A stretch of DNA of 64,000 nt from Candidatus Magasanikiibacteriota bacterium (GTDB lineage Bacteria > Patescibacteriota > Patescibacteriia > Magasanikbacterales > UBA922): positions 15,052-79,051 of the forward strand of contig DMXO01000006.1 in NCBI GenBank assembly GCA_003482855.1, read 5' to 3'. Positions 18,944-28,383 of this stretch are shown here, piece by piece; within the stretch, counting starts at the first letter, position 1; each line of letters starts with the position of its first letter. The notes under the pieces were generated by a model, which saw nothing but the letters and a program-made list of their open reading frames with translations, was not told the DNA's origin and did not search any database. Both the position numbers and the translations under genes were made by a program.

Positions 18944-20467
18944 TTATTCTAGTTTTGCTCTGTACTGCAATGCTTCCGCGATGTGTTCTGTTTTTATATT
19001 TTCAGTTCCTTCGAGATCCGCGATGGTCCGTCCCAATTTGAGAATTCTATGGTAACTACGTGCTGATAAGTGCATATGTGTTACTGCTTGTTTCAATAAG
19101 TCAAGTGATTGGTCATTGAGTTTGCAGTGTTCTTTTATATCTTTGTTTTTCATTTCACTATTTGTTGTGTATGATGTGTGCCTGAAACGGTGTGTTTGAC
19201 GTTCTCTTGCATCTTCGACACGTTTTCGTATAGTTTCAGATGACTCAGCCAATTGATTGTCTGATAATTTTTCAAATTCAACACGAGGCACTTCAACATG
19301 TAGATCAATGCGATCGAGCAACGGACCGCTTATTTTTTTCCTATATTTTTCGATCTGCAGAGAACTACATGAACAATGTCTGTCCGGATCACTCGCATAG
19401 CCACATGGACATGGATTTTGACTAGCTATCAGAGTGAACTGCGCGGGGAACGCTATAGTGCCTTGTGCACGCGATATGGTGATGATGTTATCTTCCAATG
19501 GTTGTCTCAGATTTTCGAGAACCATACGGGGGAATTCTGGGAGTTCGTCAAGAAAGAGGACACCGCGATGCGCGAGTGAAATTTCCCCAGGACGTGGGAA
19601 TTTACCTCCTCCTACCAGTGCAACTCCTGATGCCGAGTGGTGTGGAGCTCTGAATGGGCGTTGTGTGATAAGTGGGCGGTCAGATGGGAGTAACCCAGCT
19701 ACTGAATAAATTTTTGTTACCTCTATAGCTTCTTGTCTGGTCATTCTGGGTAATATGGTTGGTAAGGTGCGTGCGAGTAATGTCTTTCCAGATCCAGGTG
19801 GTCCTGAAAGAAGAATATTGTGTGCTCCACTCGCTGCAATTTCCAACGCACGTTTTACGAACTCTTGGCCTTTTATATACGCCATATCCATTTCGTATAG
19901 TGTTTTTTCAAAATATTCTTCAATAGGTATATGAGGGAATGAGCATATAGCTTGTTTATTTTGTATGTGGTCTATAAGCTCTCTAAATGTTTTGACTGGA
20001 TAAATTTCTATATCCTCTATGATTGAGGCCTCTGTTGCATTTGTTGCTGGTATAAATAATTTTTTGTAGCCAAGGCGCTTGGCAGAAATAGCAAGTGGGA
20101 GAATGCCGCTTGCGTGACGCAGAGATCCATCTAACGCAAGTTCTCCGACGAAAAGCGCATCATTGAGATTCAGGAATTCTTGCTTCTCAGTACATAAGTA
20201 CATGCCGAGCGCTATAGGTAAATCATATGCAGTACCTTCTTTACGTACATCGGCAGGGGCAAGATTTATAACTATGCGGCTATTGTTAGGAAAAGGTAGA
20301 TTTGTATTTTTCCATGCAGTCCGAATGCGCTCCTTTGCCTCTTGTATTGCTGTATCTGGTAATCCAACAATAGTAAACCCAGGCCAGCTTCCTGCGATAT
20401 CAACTTCTACCGTAATCGGGGCACAATCGAGCCCGAGTATTGCTGCTGAATTTATTTTCGTAAACAT
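18944..20467 (-). CDS. comM: YifB/ComM-family Mg-chelatase-like AAA+ ATPase
   Basis: 507 aa. N-terminal Lon-like domain (MFTKINSAAILGLDCAPITVEVDIAGSWPGFTIVGLPDTAIQEAKERI) and AAA+ Walker A GPPGSGKT. Confidence 0.9.
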   Translation of the reverse strand: MFTKINSAAILGLDCAPITVEVDIAGSWPGFTIVGLPDTAIQEAKERIRTAWKNTNLPFPNNSRIVINLAPADVRKEGTAYDLPIALGMYLCTEKQEFLNLNDALFVGELALDGSLRHASGILPLAISAKRLGYKKLFIPATNATEASIIEDIEIYPVKTFRELIDHIQNKQAICSFPHIPIEEYFEKTLYEMDMAYIKGQEFVKRALEIAASGAHNILLSGPPGSGKTLLARTLPTILPRMTRQEAIEVTKIYSVAGLLPSDRPLITQRPFRAPHHSASGVALVGGGKFPRPGEISLAHRGVLFLDELPEFPRMVLENLRQPLEDNIITISRAQGTIAFPAQFTLIASQNPCPCGYASDPDRHCSCSSLQIEKYRKKISGPLLDRIDLHVEVPRVEFEKLSDNQLAESSETIRKRVEDARERQTHRFRHTSYTTNSEMKNKDIKEHCKLNDQSLDLLKQAVTHMHLSARSYHRILKLGRTIADLEGTENIKTEHIAEALQYRAKLE

Positions 20468-20569
20468 AATTTAGTTTGTAAGATAATTGGTGTAAGTATA
20501 TCATTTTTGATTTGTTACTTAAACAAAAATCCAGTTTATGTCTGGATTTAAAAAATTATTACTTAAAAT

Positions 20570-21019
20570 TTAAACAGCCTTTTCTTTTTTGCGTTCACCT
20601 AATATGAACATGATGGCCCCTATTACAATTAGTATATCTCCTATATTGATGACAGAGGTGGCAATACGTAAATAATCAATTGTGATAGAGAATAGTATCC
20701 GATCAATAAAATTCGATAATGCTCCTGCTATGATCAGTGTTGTGGCAAGATAGTGTATTGCTGCTTTATATTTTTTTTTGGACCACCAATACATGATAAA
20801 TAATATGATGATAGGAGTAAGTAATATGATAACAGGTTGGGGTAGTGGAATACTAAATGCTATACCTTTGTTTTCAAAATATTCCCATCCTATCCATGGT
20901 TTCCATATGTAATATGTGCTATGAGGGTTTGTTCTGGCAATAAATTTTAATATCTGGTCGAGCAATAAAAAAAACCCACTTATAGTAACAGATAATATAA
21001 TGTGGGCTTTGTACTTCAT
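20570..21019 (-). CDS. lspA: Lipoprotein signal peptidase II
   Basis: 149 aa and 4 TM helices, with the conserved NKGIAFS and FNIGD/NFIDRI motifs. Confidence 0.85.
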   Translation of the reverse strand: MKYKAHIILSVTISGFFLLLDQILKFIARTNPHSTYYIWKPWIGWEYFENKGIAFSIPLPQPVIILLTPIIILFIMYWWSKKKYKAAIHYLATTLIIAGALSNFIDRILFSITIDYLRIATSVINIGDILIVIGAIMFILGERKKEKAV

Positions 21020-21056
21020 AGTGATTTCCTAAGCGTTTACTTTAGGAAACGTGTTG

Positions 21057-21452
21057 CTAAATTTCTTGTGTCAATGTTTTTTTGCAACTTACACATGCGC
21101 TTGATGTAGGGCGTGCTTCTAAACGTTTTTCTTCTATAGGTTGATCACAATATTTGCAAATCCCATAAACCCCATCTTTTATGCGTTTGAGAGCTTTGTC
21201 CACATCTCTTAATGTCTTTTCAAGTTGCATTTCAAGTGGTTTATTGGTGAGATATTGGGTTATTTCTTGGGCGTTTTCATCACTTTTGTCCCCATATTCT
21301 GGATATGTGGCTTCATAATCATCATCTATATGAGAATTTTTTTTGGTAAATTTATCCAATTCCGCCTCTAGATGTTTTTTTTCTTCCTCAAGGTTTTTTT
21401 GTATTTTTGCTATAAATGTGTTACTAAGTTGTGTTTTTTTTGTTTTTGTCAT
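21057..21452 (-). CDS. DksA/TraR-family C4 zinc-finger protein
   Basis: Coiled-coil N-terminal region and a C-terminal CKYCDQPI...CVSCKK (CxxC-x17-CxxC) motif. Confidence 0.75.
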   Translation of the reverse strand: MTKTKKTQLSNTFIAKIQKNLEEEKKHLEAELDKFTKKNSHIDDDYEATYPEYGDKSDENAQEITQYLTNKPLEMQLEKTLRDVDKALKRIKDGVYGICKYCDQPIEEKRLEARPTSSACVSCKKTLTQEI

Positions 21453-21585
21453 ATATGTATAAGGTCAATAGAATAGAATTATTATACACAAGTAGATATA
21501 TAAAAGCAAGATATCGGGGTAGTTTGTGTAAATAAAATGTGCATAAAGTTGTTTATTTTTAGCCAAAAATAAAAGAGGCATCCGA

Positions 21586-21830
21586 TGCCCTGGGTAGTTT
21601 GTGTGGCTGGAGCCTCTTAACTATCCCAAGTACCGGTTTTTCTCAAGCTGTCCAAAGGTTCTTATTGAAGCCTTGGAATGCTTGAGAAACGCCAGGAAAA
21701 GCCTGGGATATTTGTCCTCTGAACCGCTCAGTGGTGTTTGCCTCGGCGCCGATCAAAGATTTGGGAATCTGATCAGCAAGAAGTGTAGTGAGGTCACCAG
21801 TGTTTCTCCTTTTATTTTTTGTGTTTGTTG
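21586..21830 (+). ncRNA. Candidate structured ncRNA of unknown class (GC-elevated, hairpin-rich, ends in a T tract)
   Basis: About 245 nt of roughly 45-50% GC inside AT-rich intergenic DNA. It contains multiple short stems (ccaggaaaagcctgg, ccaaaggttcttattgaagccttgg, gatcaaagatttgggaatctgatc) and ends ggtcaccagtgtttctccttttattttttg. No RNase P, tmRNA, SRP, TPP or B12 signature motifs were recognised. The overlapping 76-aa ORFs on both strands lack an RBS and look non-coding. Confidence 0.3.
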
Positions 21831-22050
21831 AGCGAAATAATCGCTCTTGGTGAGCAGTAGGGAGGGTATTCAACCATTTTCAACATCTTGTTGAGAATGG
21901 TTGTGATTTTTAATGATCACATATTTATTATACACCTTTTTAGTATTATTGTCAATAGTATATATATTTTGCTGTAATTAGCTAAAAAAAGCTTATTTTA
22001 CATAATATAGATGTATAAAATAGTTTATACTTTCATGTCTTTATATATTG

Positions 22051-22091
22051 TTATCCACAAAATAGGGTGTTTTTCCACATACTTATCCACA
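22051..22091 (+). promoter_or_regulatory. Cluster of DnaA boxes (two perfect TTATCCACA plus TTTTCCACA) in a 430-bp very AT-rich spacer; second oriC candidate
   Basis: TTATCCACA at 22051-22059, TTTTCCACA at 22071-22079 and TTATCCACA at 22083-22091. Two weaker boxes lie on the other strand near 22130-22150. The surrounding 21900-22330 is about 80% AT. Confidence 0.55.
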
Positions 22092-22330
22092 ATGTATATG
22101 ATTTTGTATACAAACAGTTTAATTTTAAGTGGAAAAAATAGTGGATTATTTTATTTATAATTTTTTTAAGTAATTTTTACTTAGTATTGAATATATTTGA
22201 AGTTCATTTTTTAATATTTTTGTGCCTATGTGTAGTTTTATTATTAAATGTATATAGCTTTGTATACTTTTATATATAAACTACCTTTTTTTTCTAATAA
22301 TGGTATACTTTATATACCTTATTAATTTTT

Positions 22331-23278
22331 ATGTTACATATGGATACTCCAAATTTAGAAATTCTTCAAACATTCGGTCTAGATACACTTCCTAATCTTG
22401 ATGTGGTTGTTCTGGGGGCTCTCGAGTTATTTGATAAAACTGGTATACCCACACTTGATTTGGGTGATTACAAAATCCCACTTGTTTTGGGAAGCGGGAA
22501 TGCAGCAGTTACAGGGAGAATTCTTTTTGATGACAAAAATGCGATATTCGCAGATGAGAGCACTTATAAGAGGAAGCTTGAGAACATAAAAGGCATTGAT
22601 GGGGCTATTTTGTTGTCAGCTTCTGGGAGTAAACATGCTATTGCCCTATCCCAGGATTTACTTAGCCATGGTATTGAGACACGTCTTTTGACCAATAACC
22701 AAGAAGCTCCTGCAAAGAAATATATTAATGATGATAATTTTTTTGTTTTTCCTAAAAATCGAGAGCCATATACATACAACACATCTACTTATATGGGCAT
22801 GATTTTGGGGAAAACAAAAGAGAATCCCAAAAATATCAAAAAATTTATTACAGATGAGGTAGATCCTATTATTCCGAAGAATTTAGCTGATTATGATGCT
22901 TTTTATGTGCTTATACCAGAAAGATTTGATGCATTTCGGGAAATGCTTGCAACCAAATTTGATGAATTATTTCAACCCAAAGTGTCAGGAAGAGTCTTTA
23001 CTCCAGAACAGAGCAAACATGCAAAAAGCGTAGTGAAGTATGATAAGGAATTGTTTATTAGTTTTGGATATGACAACACACAATTTGGTTTGCCAAAAAA
23101 TCGACTGAATATTCCTTTGCCAGTTGATGTGGATTATGGGACACTTATGGCAGTATCGTATTATGTTATGGGCAATATGCAGAAGCAACATGAACCTTAC
23201 TTTAAAAATGGCATTGAAGATTATGTAAAAAAAGCAGGAGAGGCTTTTGGTATAACTTTGGGTGTGATTGTTGAATAG
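22331..23278 (+). CDS. Hypothetical protein (315 aa), no family recognised
   Basis: Long ORF with host-like composition, co-directional with and 3 nt from the next gene. Confidence 0.55.
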   Translation: MLHMDTPNLEILQTFGLDTLPNLDVVVLGALELFDKTGIPTLDLGDYKIPLVLGSGNAAVTGRILFDDKNAIFADESTYKRKLENIKGIDGAILLSASGSKHAIALSQDLLSHGIETRLLTNNQEAPAKKYINDDNFFVFPKNREPYTYNTSTYMGMILGKTKENPKNIKKFITDEVDPIIPKNLADYDAFYVLIPERFDAFREMLATKFDELFQPKVSGRVFTPEQSKHAKSVVKYDKELFISFGYDNTQFGLPKNRLNIPLPVDVDYGTLMAVSYYVMGNMQKQHEPYFKNGIEDYVKKAGEAFGITLGVIVE

Positions 23279-23281
23279 TAT

Positions 23282-23800
23282 ATGAAGAGGATTGTATATA
23301 CTGATAATTTTCAAAAAAGGTATTCTTATGCACTCACCGAACCAAAGGGAAAAAATTTTGATCCAGAATTTAAACCAGAATTAACACCACAAGAAATGTT
23401 TAAGATTGGCGTGTTTGGTGGAGCGTATTTTATCGGGGTCGATGGATTGATTCCTTCTGACATTCCAAAGACATGGTTTGTGGGGGTAAAGTTAAGCGTT
23501 TCAGGAGAAAAACAGGGATCATTAAATTATTTTGGAGTATCTGCAAGCCAGCCACTAAAAATTTGGCGACAAAAAGGTTGGATTCATCCATGTGATCCAC
23601 ATGGATGGTTTCAGTGGTATTGTAGATATTATATGGGTAGGCGCATATCAGGAGAAGATGAGCGACAAATTAAGCGGTGGAAGTCAATGAGGAGACATAT
23701 GGGGCAAATAAAAAAGTTTTGTCGCAGGGGAGACTTACACTGTCGTGTCAAACAAAGACAAGTACTTTTACATTGGGCGTATGACAGCAGAAAGGTCTAA
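23282..23800 (+). CDS. Conserved hypothetical protein (172 aa) with HPCDPHGWFQWYCRYYMGRR motif
   Basis: ORF with a Trp/Tyr/Arg-rich conserved-looking core; the family could not be named from memory. Confidence 0.55.
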   Translation: MKRIVYTDNFQKRYSYALTEPKGKNFDPEFKPELTPQEMFKIGVFGGAYFIGVDGLIPSDIPKTWFVGVKLSVSGEKQGSLNYFGVSASQPLKIWRQKGWIHPCDPHGWFQWYCRYYMGRRISGEDERQIKRWKSMRRHMGQIKKFCRRGDLHCRVKQRQVLLHWAYDSRKV

Positions 23801-23908
23801 TCCATTATAGTTATTGTATATAAGACCACGAGTGTGGTTTTTATTTTTCCACATGTTGTCTTGATCTAAAAACACGCGTATACTACACATCTTACTAACA
23901 TAAATTAT

Positions 23909-26284
23909 ATGAAAAATATATTATATAATGACAATATACCAACTATTTTTACTATTTTTGGAGCAACGGGGGATCTCATGAGTAAAAAAATTGTTCCGTC
24001 ATTGTTTTTTTTATATAAAAAAAAGGAATTACCGAAGCATTTCAGCGTGCTTGGGTTTGCGCGTAGACCCATGAGTGACACCCAATTTCAGCTACGTGTT
24101 TTTAATATTCTTGCAGAAAAAGGGTTTGTAAAAAATAGAAAGGCAACGGAAAAATTTTTGCAGTTATTCCATTATGAACAAGGGGATTTTTCTGCTTTGA
24201 AAGATTATACAGAGCTTAAAGCGCATATCGAAAAGATTGAAAGAAAATGGGGCTTGTGTACAAATAAATTATATTATTTGGCAATTCCTCCAAAGTTAAT
24301 CAAAATTGTAGTACAAGGATTGTCTGAGACGGGTTTGCACAAGCCATGTGATGACACTACAGGTTGGTCGCGTGTGATAGTAGAGAAACCTTTTGGAGAT
24401 GATGGCGCGAGTGCACGAGAGCTTGAATCGACATTAGATATTTTTAAACAAGACCAGATATATCGTATTGACCACTATTTTGGTAAAGAAATGGTTCAGG
24501 GGATCCTCAATTTTAGGTTTTCAAACGGACTTTTTGAGGATTCTTGGGATAACAAGCATATCGAACGTATTGATATGAAATTATGGGAGGAAATTGGTGC
24601 TGAGGGACGTGGAGAATTTTATGAAAGTGTAGGAGCATTACGTGATGTTGGACAAAATCATCTATTGTCTATTCTTGCATTGCTTACTATGGAGCATCCT
24701 ATAAATTATACAGATAAAGAAGTGCGTAGTGCGCGAACAATGGTTTTGAAACAATTACGACGGCCTACCCATGCAGATATAAAGACAAAAACATTCCGCG
24801 CTCAATATGAAGGATATACAAATATAGATGGGGTGGAGAAGAATTCGCATGTCGAGACGTATTTTAGTTGGCAGACTGAAATTGATGCACCGCGTTGGGC
24901 TGGCGTACCTATATATATAGAGAGTGGCAAACGCATGGGTAATGTGCGGAAGGAAATCATTGTGACTTTTCGTCACCCCGAGCCGTGCATTTGTCCGCCT
25001 GCTGGTCCAGTACAAAATAAAATTATTTTTAAATTGCATCCCACACAAGAAATCACCATAGAATTTTGGCAACGCGAGCCAGGATTTGGTATGCAACTGG
25101 AGAAACGTAAGTTTGACTTCATGCTGTATAAGACAAAGACAAAATTGCCGTATGTAGAAGAGTATGCCAAATTGTTGCACGATGCCATAGCAGGTAATCA
25201 AACTTGGTTTATGACGAAACGCGAAGTAGATGCAATGTGGCGTGCTGTAGATCCTATTGTAGGTGCATGGAAAAAAAATCAGACACCGTTGCATGTGTAT
25301 AAGCCAGACACACATGATATTTCAAAAATTGCAAATGAATTTATGCAGGATAAAATCCATACATTAGAAAAGCGTATAGGTATCATAGGGTTGGGTAGGA
25401 TGGGAGGAAATTTGGCTCGTCGTCTCATGGATCGAGGTTGGTATGTAACTGGGTATAATCGTACACATAGCGTTACAAAGGACATGAAAAAAGAAGGGAT
25501 TAATGCCGTGTACTCTTTTGGAGATATGGCCAAGGCATTACCAACGCCACGAATAATCTGGCTTATGGTCCCTAATGGGAAACCAATTGATGATACACTA
25601 TTCGGGGATGAAGGAATTGTTCAATATTTAGACAAGGGCGATATCGTCATAGATGGTGGAAATTCGTACTTTAAAGACACAATAAAGCGTGCAGAAAAAT
25701 TGAAAAAGATGGGAATTAAATTTCTTGATGCAGGTGTATCTGGTGGACCTGGTGGCGCACGTACGGGTGCATGCATTATGGCAGGTGGAGACAAGAAATT
25801 ATTTGAATATTGTGAACCAATATTTCGTGATATGGCCCGGGTACATGGGTACCAATTTTTCTCTGGAGCAGGTGCAGGACATTTTGTGAAGATGGTGCAC
25901 AATGGTATTGAATATGGCATGATGCAAGCTATTGGTGAGGGATTTAATGTACTTAAACATGCTGATTACAAGCTAGACCTTCACCGTATCGCCGATGTGT
26001 ATAATGAAGGAAGTGTCATAGAATCTCGCTTGGTCGGTTGGTTACACGATGCTTTTCATATATATGGCACTGATTTGAAAAAAATTTCTGGGAAAGTATC
26101 CCATTCAGGCGAAGGTGAGTGGACAATAAAAACAGCCACAGAAATGAAATTGAAAAGTAAGGTGATAGAGGAGTCTCTAAAATTTAGAGAGCAATCGCAA
26201 AAAAATCCAGATTATACAGGCAAGATAGTTTCAGCGTTGCGTGGTCAATTTGGTCAACATCCCGTATTGGCAGATAAAGAGTAG
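23909..26284 (+). CDS. zwf: Fused glucose-6-phosphate dehydrogenase (N, about 480 aa) and 6-phosphogluconate dehydrogenase-like NAD(P)-binding enzyme (C, about 300 aa)
   Basis: N-terminal part has the G6PD motifs GATGDL, RIDHYFGKE and EKPFG. C-terminal part from about aa 490 reads IGIIGLGRMGGNLARRL...GNSYFKDT...FLDAGVSGG...GHFVKMVHNGIEYGMMQAIGEGF, a 6PGDH (YqeC/Gnd) pattern. Single uninterrupted 791-aa frame. Confidence 0.85.
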   Translation: MKNILYNDNIPTIFTIFGATGDLMSKKIVPSLFFLYKKKELPKHFSVLGFARRPMSDTQFQLRVFNILAEKGFVKNRKATEKFLQLFHYEQGDFSALKDYTELKAHIEKIERKWGLCTNKLYYLAIPPKLIKIVVQGLSETGLHKPCDDTTGWSRVIVEKPFGDDGASARELESTLDIFKQDQIYRIDHYFGKEMVQGILNFRFSNGLFEDSWDNKHIERIDMKLWEEIGAEGRGEFYESVGALRDVGQNHLLSILALLTMEHPINYTDKEVRSARTMVLKQLRRPTHADIKTKTFRAQYEGYTNIDGVEKNSHVETYFSWQTEIDAPRWAGVPIYIESGKRMGNVRKEIIVTFRHPEPCICPPAGPVQNKIIFKLHPTQEITIEFWQREPGFGMQLEKRKFDFMLYKTKTKLPYVEEYAKLLHDAIAGNQTWFMTKREVDAMWRAVDPIVGAWKKNQTPLHVYKPDTHDISKIANEFMQDKIHTLEKRIGIIGLGRMGGNLARRLMDRGWYVTGYNRTHSVTKDMKKEGINAVYSFGDMAKALPTPRIIWLMVPNGKPIDDTLFGDEGIVQYLDKGDIVIDGGNSYFKDTIKRAEKLKKMGIKFLDAGVSGGPGGARTGACIMAGGDKKLFEYCEPIFRDMARVHGYQFFSGAGAGHFVKMVHNGIEYGMMQAIGEGFNVLKHADYKLDLHRIADVYNEGSVIESRLVGWLHDAFHIYGTDLKKISGKVSHSGEGEWTIKTATEMKLKSKVIEESLKFREQSQKNPDYTGKIVSALRGQFGQHPVLADKE

Positions 26285-26308
26285 TGTTGCAGATGTAGTT
26301 TATCATAA

Positions 26309-27208
26309 GTGGTTTATATGCAATTTGTGCAGAAATATTTTTGGCTTATCATGCTTGTATCACTTACCCTTGGTTTTGTCTTACCGTCGGTAGGTATGAT
26401 ACTCAAGGATTATGTTACTGAGATACTCATCGTCATTATGACTTTGAGTTGTCTCAAGATTGATATTGCGTCACTTGTATCTGTCCGGCACGACTGGTGG
26501 AGATTTTTGGTATTATTATTTCTCATGTACATCGTTCCGACGATTTTGGTATTTTTTAGCAAGTATTTTTTGGATGAAAAAATATTTCTTGGGCTTCTTA
26601 TTGCTGCAGCCATGCCATGTGCCGTTTCTGTTGTTTTCATCTCTGATTTGCTGGGCGGTGAACCACCAAAGGCACTAGTGGCTACGAGCATTGCGCATAT
26701 AATAAGCCCATTTGTAACTCCTTTTTTGGTTTACTTATTTGCGCATGCAAATATTGATGTAAATTTTTATGACATGATGATCCTTATTCTCAAGCTTGTA
26801 GCTGTTCCCTTTGTCTTTGCTCAGTTGTTAAGGTATCTTCATGTTGGAAAAATATTGTCAAGAGTATCAAGTACAGTAAATGCATACTTGTTAGTTGCAT
26901 TAATCTGGGGGATAACTGCAGCCGCACGAATTATATTTTTAAATAATTTGTCTCAAGTGGGGGTAATTGCTATTTTTGTTTCTTTTATTTTGATTGGTGT
27001 AATTACCATGAGTATATTATTTGGCAGAAATAAAAAAGAAGATATTACCTGGTCTATTGTCGGTATGTATAAAAATTTGGGGCTGTCGTCAGTCATTGCA
27101 CTCAACATGTTTGGCCCTATTGCGGTATTAGGTTCAGTGGTATATACCATTGTGGGGAACTTGGCAATTGCTGCATTACAGTTTTGGGGGAGGAAAAGGC
27201 CATTATAG
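26309..27208 (+). CDS. Bile acid:sodium symporter (BASS/ACR3-like) family transporter
   Basis: 299 aa and about 9 TM helices. The pattern KIDIASL...GLLIAAAMPCAVSVVFISDLLGGEP...VATSIAHIISPFVTPF is typical of SBF-fold transporters. Confidence 0.65.
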   Translation: MVYMQFVQKYFWLIMLVSLTLGFVLPSVGMILKDYVTEILIVIMTLSCLKIDIASLVSVRHDWWRFLVLLFLMYIVPTILVFFSKYFLDEKIFLGLLIAAAMPCAVSVVFISDLLGGEPPKALVATSIAHIISPFVTPFLVYLFAHANIDVNFYDMMILILKLVAVPFVFAQLLRYLHVGKILSRVSSTVNAYLLVALIWGITAAARIIFLNNLSQVGVIAIFVSFILIGVITMSILFGRNKKEDITWSIVGMYKNLGLSSVIALNMFGPIAVLGSVVYTIVGNLAIAALQFWGRKRPL

Positions 27209-27263
27209 ATGATTGACTTTGTTTATTTTTTATATTAGACTGTCTGGGAAATAAATTATAATT

Positions 27264-28334
27264 ATGTTATCTATTGGGATTGTTGGATTGCCCAATGTGG
27301 GCAAGTCAACACTATTTAATGCATTGACGAGGAGTAAACAGGCCGATGCGCAAAATTATCCTTTTTGTACCATTGAACCAAATGTGGGTGTCGTTGAGGT
27401 ACCTGATGAACGATTGCAGAAGTTGAGTGACGTTTCAAAATCAAAAAAAATTGTTCCTACAGCTATACAATTTGTAGATATAGCGGGACTTGTGAAAGGT
27501 GCTTCGGAAGGAGAGGGGCTCGGGAATCAGTTTTTGTCGCATATTCGTGAGTGTGATGCAATAGTTCAGGTAGTGCGCGCATTTGAAGATAACAATATTA
27601 TCCATGTACATGGTAAGGTAGATCCTAAAGAGGATAGTGAAGTAATTAATCTGGAGCTCGTTTTGGCCGATTGGCAGACCGTATCGAAACGACTTGAGAG
27701 AGTAAGGAAAGATGCAAAGGGAGCTAAGGCAAAAGAACTTGCGTTAGAATTGGGACTTTTGGAGAAGCTTGATGTACATCTGCAAGCTGGTAAACCAGCA
27801 AGAACACTTGAATATAATGAAGATGAGAATATGATTGTGCGTGATCTGCACTTGATAACTATGAAGCCAATGATGTATGTGGTAAATATGATAGAAAATA
27901 CAAAGGCAGTGATGGAAAATTATAATTTGGATGCACCTTTTGTTGGTGTGTGCGCAAAACTTGAGGCAGAGTTGGCAGAGTTGAGTCTGGCGGAAGCAGA
28001 AGAATATATGAAAGAACTTGGAATGGGTGAGACTGGCTTAGATAGACTTATCGTCGCTGGGTATAAACTTTTGGATTTGGTGACCTATTTTACTTCAGGA
28101 GAGCCAGAGACGCGTGCGTGGACTGTAAAGAGGGGTACAAAGGGCCCTGAAGCAGCAGGAGTAATTCATACAGACTTTGTCAAAGGATATATTAAGGCAG
28201 ATGTTGTCAATTGGAAAGATTTTGTGGATAATAGAGGGTGGAGTGGAATAAAAGAGACAGGGAAAATGCAGTTGGTGGGAAAGGATTATGTGGTTCAGGA
28301 TGGGGATGTCTGTTATTTTCATGTGAGCACATAA
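27264..28334 (+). CDS. ychF: Ribosome-binding ATPase YchF
   Basis: [44 protein letters not shown] and a C-terminal TGS domain. Confidence 0.95.
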   Translation: MLSIGIVGLPNVGKSTLFNALTRSKQADAQNYPFCTIEPNVGVVEVPDERLQKLSDVSKSKKIVPTAIQFVDIAGLVKGASEGEGLGNQFLSHIRECDAIVQVVRAFEDNNIIHVHGKVDPKEDSEVINLELVLADWQTVSKRLERVRKDAKGAKAKELALELGLLEKLDVHLQAGKPARTLEYNEDENMIVRDLHLITMKPMMYVVNMIENTKAVMENYNLDAPFVGVCAKLEAELAELSLAEAEEYMKELGMGETGLDRLIVAGYKLLDLVTYFTSGEPETRAWTVKRGTKGPEAAGVIHTDFVKGYIKADVVNWKDFVDNRGWSGIKETGKMQLVGKDYVVQDGDVCYFHVST

Positions 28335-28350
28335 TTATATTGTGTATCTA

Positions 28351-28383
28351 AATAAAAAACTCCGGGAAATGGAGTTTTTTATT
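28351..28383. terminator. Bidirectional terminator hairpin
   Basis: aaaaactccgggaaatggagtttttt between convergent ychF and the methyltransferase gene. Confidence 0.6.

Noticed and set aside
21586-21830. RNase P RNA / tmRNA / SRP RNA / TPP or cobalamin riboswitch identity for the structured region
   Set aside because: The universal motifs of each class (P4 strands, tag ORF plus T-arm, GGAAGGAAGCAGC, CUGAGA...CCUGAUCUGGAUAAUGCCAGCG, B12 box) were not found. Kept only as an unclassified ncRNA candidate.
24755-25315. 186-aa minus-strand ORF inside the zwf-gnd fusion
   Set aside because: Antisense to the strongly supported G6PD frame.
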